From positions 398,266 to 462,265 of the forward strand of contig CAWHYQ010000002.1 in assembly GCA_963833705.1 (NCBI GenBank): a stretch of 64,000 bases of DNA, written 5' to 3'. This document shows, one piece after another, positions 59,875-64,000 of the stretch. This DNA is from an uncultured Chloroflexia bacterium. Its GTDB lineage: Bacteria > Chloroflexota > Limnocylindria > Limnocylindrales > CSP1-4. The stretch's first letter is position 1, and each line of letters begins with the position of its first letter. The translations under genes were made by a program, and so were the position numbers. Under the pieces are notes generated by a model. It made no database searches. It was not told the DNA's origin and saw nothing but the letters and a program-made list of their open reading frames with translations.

Positions 59875-61059
59875 TCAGCCGGCGGTCGTGACGCCGATGA
59901 GGGATCCGATGGTGTACGTCACGAGGGCCGCCGCCAGCCCGATCCCGAGCTGGCGGAAGCCGGAGAAGATGAGACCGCGTCCGGTCAGCAGGCTGACGGC
60001 CGCACCGATGGCGAACAGCGCGATCAGGCTGAGCCCGAGGCTGACGAGGAGCGCCGACGTGCCGCCACCGAACAGGTACGGGATGACCGGCACGACCGCG
60101 CCGAGCGCGAACGCGACGAACGACCCGCCGGCCGCCTTCCAGGGCGATCCGAGTTCGTCGGGATCGAGCCCGAGCTCCTCCCGCACCAGCGTGTCGAGCG
60201 CCGTCTCCGGGTCTTGGAAGATGCGGTGTGCGATCCGGGCCGCTTCGTCGCGCGGGAACCCCTTGGCCCGGTACGCTGCGGCGAGTTCGGCTTCCTCCTC
60301 CTCGGGCATCGCCTCCATCTCGGCGCGCTCGAGGGCGATCTGGCGCTCGAAGAGTTCGCGCTGGCTCTGCATCGAGATGTACTCGCCGGCGGCCATGCTG
60401 AACGCACCCGCGAGGAGGCCGGCGATCCCCGCCAGCAGGATGAAGCTCGGGTTGCCACCCGCGGCGCCGGCCACGCCCATGACCAGTGACAGGTTGCTCA
60501 CGAGGCCGTCACTGACCCCGAAGATGACCGCGCGGAGCGTCCCCGATCGGCCCCCGGCGCGGTGCCAGCGCTCGTGTTGCCCGATCTCGGCCGCGTTCGA
60601 GGCCCTCCGGGCGATGGCGACCCCGTCGCGCGACGGATCGCCGATCGATCCGGGCGCGTCACCGGACTTGAGCCCCTCCCAGATCTCGGCGTGCTGGCGT
60701 TCATCGGCGGCGATGCCGGCGACCTCGGGCGAATCGCCCTGCGCGTCGTACTGGGCCTCTTCGTCGCCCTCGAGCGCCTTGACGAGCTCGGCCACGGCCG
60801 ATGTCCCGAACACGCGTGCGGCAAGGATGATGAACCGCACCCGCGCACGCGGCCCGCTCGCCGCCGGGACATCGGCGCCGAGCTCCGTCAGCTTCGACGC
60901 CCAGATGTCGGCGTGCCGGCGCTCGTTCGATGCGATGCGCTGGAAGGCCTCGGCTCGTCGCGGATCCTTCTCGATCCCCGCGAGCGCGTCGTACAGCACG
61001 ATCGCGTCGCGTTCCAGCTTGAGGTTGTCGAGGCTCTGCGCGACGTCGATCCCACCCAT
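59875..61059 (-). CDS. ferritin-like (erythrin) domain fused to a VIT1/CCC1-family Fe/Mn transporter
   Basis: ORF 59875..61059. The N-terminus has two E-x2-H-containing helices (ASNERRHADIW, AADERQHAEIW). The C-terminal half (GVSDGLVSNLSLVMGVAG...AGEYISMQSQRE...5 TM) is VIT1-like. Confidence 0.85.
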   Translation of the reverse strand: MGGIDVAQSLDNLKLERDAIVLYDALAGIEKDPRRAEAFQRIASNERRHADIWASKLTELGADVPAASGPRARVRFIILAARVFGTSAVAELVKALEGDEEAQYDAQGDSPEVAGIAADERQHAEIWEGLKSGDAPGSIGDPSRDGVAIARRASNAAEIGQHERWHRAGGRSGTLRAVIFGVSDGLVSNLSLVMGVAGAAGGNPSFILLAGIAGLLAGAFSMAAGEYISMQSQRELFERQIALERAEMEAMPEEEEAELAAAYRAKGFPRDEAARIAHRIFQDPETALDTLVREELGLDPDELGSPWKAAGGSFVAFALGAVVPVIPYLFGGGTSALLVSLGLSLIALFAIGAAVSLLTGRGLIFSGFRQLGIGLAAALVTYTIGSLIGVTTAG

Positions 61060-61100
61060 CGGTCCATCCTAGGTCATCACCGCCGCGTAGACTCGCGGCC

Positions 61101-62105
61101 ATGGCCGAGGTCGCTTCGCCTCCCGTCCGCTACCTCAGTGCAGCCGATGTCCTGGCCGCCATGCCCGAGCTCGACGAACGCCTGGCACTGGCCGAGCGCA
61201 CGCTCATCGCCCTCGTCTCGGATGCCGAGCTGCCTCCCAAGATCGGCGTGCATCCGCGCCCGGCGGGATCGTTCGCCCACGCGATGCCGGCCTACCTTCG
61301 CGGCGCCGAACCGGACGGGCGCGACGACCTCGTCGGGATGAAATGGGTGGCCGGGTTCGGCACCAACAACGCACTCGGGTTGCGGGCGATCAACGCGGTG
61401 GTCGTCCTCAACGACGCGATCACTGGGTTCCCGAAGGCGATCCTGGATGGCGGTCCGATCACGGCATCGCGAACCGCGGCCGTGAGTGGCGTCAGCATCG
61501 GCCACTACGCCCCGATCGTTGCAGGCCGCCGGCCACGTGCCGCGCTCATCGGGGCGGGGATCCAGGGACGAAGCCACCTGGCCGTCCTCGGCCGGGTCCT
61601 CGACGGCGTCGACCTGACCGTGTTCGACCGTCATCCCGAGCGCGCGGAGGCGTTGGCCGAGGAGGCACGCGCGACGCCTGGCGTGGCGGCGGTCTCGGTC
61701 GCCCCGGATGCACCGACCGCGGTCCGGGACGCTGATGTCGTGGTGACGGCGGCCTCGTTCGGCCCGATCCGGCAGGTCATGACCGGCACCTGGCTTGCGC
61801 CGGGTGCGCTGGTCGTGCCGGTCGACTACGCCACGTACTGCGCCGCTGACGTCGCGCGCGATGCCGCCCTGTTCCTCGTCGACGACCGTGGCCAGTTCCT
61901 GGCCAACCGCGATGCCGGTCTGTTCGATGGGTATCCGGACCCCGTCGCCACCCTTGGTGAAGCCCTCCTGGCGCGGACACCGCGGCCGGCGGCCGGACGC
62001 GTCGTCGCCACGCACCTCGGCGTGGGGCTTGCCGACGTCGTGTTCGGGGCCGCGATCCTCCGTCGTGCGGAGGAGCTCGGCCTGGGGACCCTCCTCCCCC
62101 GCTGA
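61101..62105 (+). CDS. ornithine cyclodeaminase/mu-crystallin family protein
   Basis: ORF 61101..62105 has ITASRTAAVSG and LIGAGIQGRSHL (Rossmann). Confidence 0.85.
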   Translation: MAEVASPPVRYLSAADVLAAMPELDERLALAERTLIALVSDAELPPKIGVHPRPAGSFAHAMPAYLRGAEPDGRDDLVGMKWVAGFGTNNALGLRAINAVVVLNDAITGFPKAILDGGPITASRTAAVSGVSIGHYAPIVAGRRPRAALIGAGIQGRSHLAVLGRVLDGVDLTVFDRHPERAEALAEEARATPGVAAVSVAPDAPTAVRDADVVVTAASFGPIRQVMTGTWLAPGALVVPVDYATYCAADVARDAALFLVDDRGQFLANRDAGLFDGYPDPVATLGEALLARTPRPAAGRVVATHLGVGLADVVFGAAILRRAEELGLGTLLPR

Positions 62106-62129
62106 ACCGGGGGTCGGGGGCTCGTGGGT

Positions 62130-62684
62130 CTAGCCGGCGCCGGCGCCACCCAACTGGAGCGACGGGACCGCGAACGGCGACCGCGTCGGGGCGTCCGGGA
62201 AGGCCGTCGTAGCCTCGACGGTCGGCGAGATCCAGTCGACGAGCAACCGATTGACGATGATCGCCCCGACGTCGCGCGCGACGATCGCGCCGGCCACCTC
62301 GTAGGCGATCGTGGCCCCGCTCAGCGGCACCATCGGATCGCGCTCCTGGACGCTCGCCACGGGATCGGCACCGGGCTCCGTGTGGAGGCTGCCGAGGATG
62401 AGGTACGGACCGATCGACACGTGACAGCGATCCGTCTTGAGCGAGACGCGCTGCTCCAGGGATCCGCGTGGTCCGGTGGCGACGACCGCGAGCAGGTCCT
62501 CGCGGGCGATGGACAACCCGTCCATCGTGAGCCGGTGTCCGTCCTCCAGGCTTTCGAACTCGACCTTGTGCAGGTGGAACCGCTCCTGACCGTTGAGGAA
62601 ATCGGTCAGCCGGTCGCCGAACATGGTCATCTGGCCGGTGATGGTGCAGTCACCGGCAAAGCCGATGAAATCGATGGGTTGCAT
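62130..62684 (-). CDS. conserved hypothetical protein with two similar about 80-aa halves
   Basis: ORF 62130..62684 has high third-position GC. I recognise no family. Confidence 0.6.
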   Translation of the reverse strand: MQPIDFIGFAGDCTITGQMTMFGDRLTDFLNGQERFHLHKVEFESLEDGHRLTMDGLSIAREDLLAVVATGPRGSLEQRVSLKTDRCHVSIGPYLILGSLHTEPGADPVASVQERDPMVPLSGATIAYEVAGAIVARDVGAIIVNRLLVDWISPTVEATTAFPDAPTRSPFAVPSLQLGGAGAG

Positions 62685-62757
62685 GTCCCGGGCACGCTAG
62701 CGCGGGGCCGCACTCGCCGCCACCCGGACGTTGGTACCGGTCAGGCGGACCAGGCGG

Positions 62758-63093
62758 TCATTCGTTCACCTCGAGGTGCCCGTCCGGGACCTCGATCGCG
62801 ATCCGGCCGTCCTCCACGACGACCTGGTACACCGCGAGCGGGAGCTCGGCCGGCGGATCCAGGGGCTCGCCACTCTCGAGCTCGAACCGCGACAGGTGCA
62901 GCGCGCAGGTGAGCGTCCCAGCGGTCAGGAAGCCCTTGTCGAGCTCGAAATATTCGTGGCTGCAGATGCCCTGGACCGCGTTGAACCGGCCACCCGAGTT
63001 GACCACGAGGACCTGGTCGGTGCCGTCCACCCAGGCCATCTTCATGGTTCCCTCGGGGACCTCGTCGACACCGAAGAGGTCGATACGTCTCAC
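62758..63093 (-). CDS. Rieske [2Fe-2S] ferredoxin-like protein of the suf cluster (annotated here as separate from SufD)
   Basis: An in-frame GTG at 63093 gives VRRIDLFGVDEVPEGTMKMAWVDG... with CSHEY ... CALHLSRF (CxH / CxxH). In the track it is fused to SufD in ORF 62758..63963. Confidence 0.7.
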   Translation of the reverse strand: MRRIDLFGVDEVPEGTMKMAWVDGTDQVLVVNSGGRFNAVQGICSHEYFELDKGFLTAGTLTCALHLSRFELESGEPLDPPAELPLAVYQVVVEDGRIAIEVPDGHLEVNE

Positions 63094-64000
63094 GCGGCGG
63101 CGTCTGCCCCTGCGCCGCGCGCCGGCGTCCCACTTGGCTTCGAGCAGTTCGCGCAGACGGTCCTGGGCGTCGGCCAGCGGGACGCGCGCGACGACCGGCT
63201 CCAGGAAGCCGAGCACGATGAACTTGCGCGCCTCGTCCGGCGGGATCCCGCGGCTTTCCAGGTAGAACAGCTGGCTCTCGTCGATCGGCCCGACCGAGCT
63301 GGCATGGGCGGCACGGCGACAATCCGGCTGGTCGATCTCGAGGCTCGGGATGGCGACCGAGCGGGTGGCTTTGGACAGGTTCATCCCGAACTCGCCAAGG
63401 AAGCTGTCGGTCCCGACCGCCGACTTCTCGATGACGATCATCCCCTTCAGATACGAACGCGCCCTGTCCATCAGCGCTCCCTTGGACAACAGGTTACCGG
63501 TCGTGTCGCGTCCGAGATGGCGTGTGTACGAGGTCAGGTCGAAGACCTGGTCCGCGCCGCCGAACACGATCTCCACCTGCTCGACCGCGCTGCGGTCGCC
63601 TTCCAGACGATTGTCGACGCGGCTGCGCACGAGCCGCGATCCGAGCTGCGCGAGCGCCCAGTGGAGCGTCGCGCCCTCGCCGAGGGTGGCGTTACGATGC
63701 TGGAAGGCCACGACCGAGGCCGGCAGCTCCTGGAGGCTCGCCACCGCCAGCTTCGCGCCGGCACCGAGGGTGACCTCCATCGTGCCCGTGAACAGGCTCG
63801 GCCGGCCATCGACCTCCTGGCCCGACGATACGAGTTCCTCCAGGATCGTGGCCTCGGCACCATCGCCGAGCTGTACGATCGTTCGAGTGATGAGTGCCCG
63901 GTCCGGGGCGCCGACCGCCCAGCGGATGACGATGGGCCGCGGGACCGAGACGCCGGCCGGCACGCGCAGGACGACCCCGTGGTTCCAGCCGGCGCGGGTC
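63090..64000 (-). CDS. sufD: Fe-S cluster assembly protein SufD (N-terminus outside the window)
   Basis: The frame is open to the window end. RSYLKGMIVIEKSAVGTDSFLGEFGMNLSKATRSVAIPSLEIDQPDCRRAAHASSVGPIDESQLFYLESRGIPPDEARKFIVLGF is the canonical SufD C-terminal region. The 3' end is ambiguous (see finding). Confidence 0.8.

Noticed and set aside
61060-61100. Possible yybP-ykoY (Mn2+) riboswitch or metal box upstream of the VIT1-fusion gene.
   Set aside because: The intergenic region is only 41 bp, too short for the aptamer, and I could not discern a convincing palindromic DtxR/Fur-type box.

Overview
High-GC (roughly 70 %) bacterial chromosomal segment. Gene content looks like Actinomycetota or a related high-GC lineage, but I cannot assign taxonomy from sequence alone. 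It is densely packed with about 65 protein-coding genes, many joined by 4-bp GTGA/ATGA start/stop overlaps. I found no rRNA, tRNA, CRISPR array, transposase, integrase or phage gene. Most of the very long ORFs in the track are off-frame or antisense shadows of real genes, which is typical of high-GC DNA. Recognisable blocks: (1) gltX, a DtxR-family regulator and a J-domain membrane protein. (2) Small regulator/cargo pairs with AT-rich palindromic operators (ArsR + SRPBCC, PadR). (3) A secreted collagen-like protein and an XRE-HTH fusion protein. (4) A NitT/TauT-type ABC transporter with a class-III aminotransferase. (5) A reductive pyrimidine-catabolism cluster: beta-ureidopropionase, dihydropyrimidinase, MmsA and an LLM/F420-type oxidoreductase, with no recognisable dihydropyrimidine dehydrogenase. 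A UbiA-like/GT2 fusion and a homocysteine methyltransferase are embedded in it. (6) mdh and pckA. (7) A SAM-I riboswitch in front of a ThrC-like enzyme and a MoaD/ThiS-like GG-terminated carrier. (8) An L-fucose/L-rhamnose-type non-phosphorylative sugar-acid cluster whose ABC transporter is riddled with frameshifts. (9) CBS-GNAT-cystathionine gamma-lyase. (10) Two tandem PlsC acyltransferases and lgt. (11) An ECF sigma/anti-sigma pair, a ferritin-like/VIT1 fusion, ornithine cyclodeaminase and the end of a suf operon. A striking technical or biological feature is that at least 25 single-base frameshifts are clustered in a few intervals, while about 40 kb of the window has none. The most interesting candidates are the riboswitch-controlled ThrC-like/sulfur-carrier pair, the F420/LLM enzyme sitting where PydA should be, and the clustered frameshifts. 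All family assignments come from reading the translations by eye; no database search was possible.
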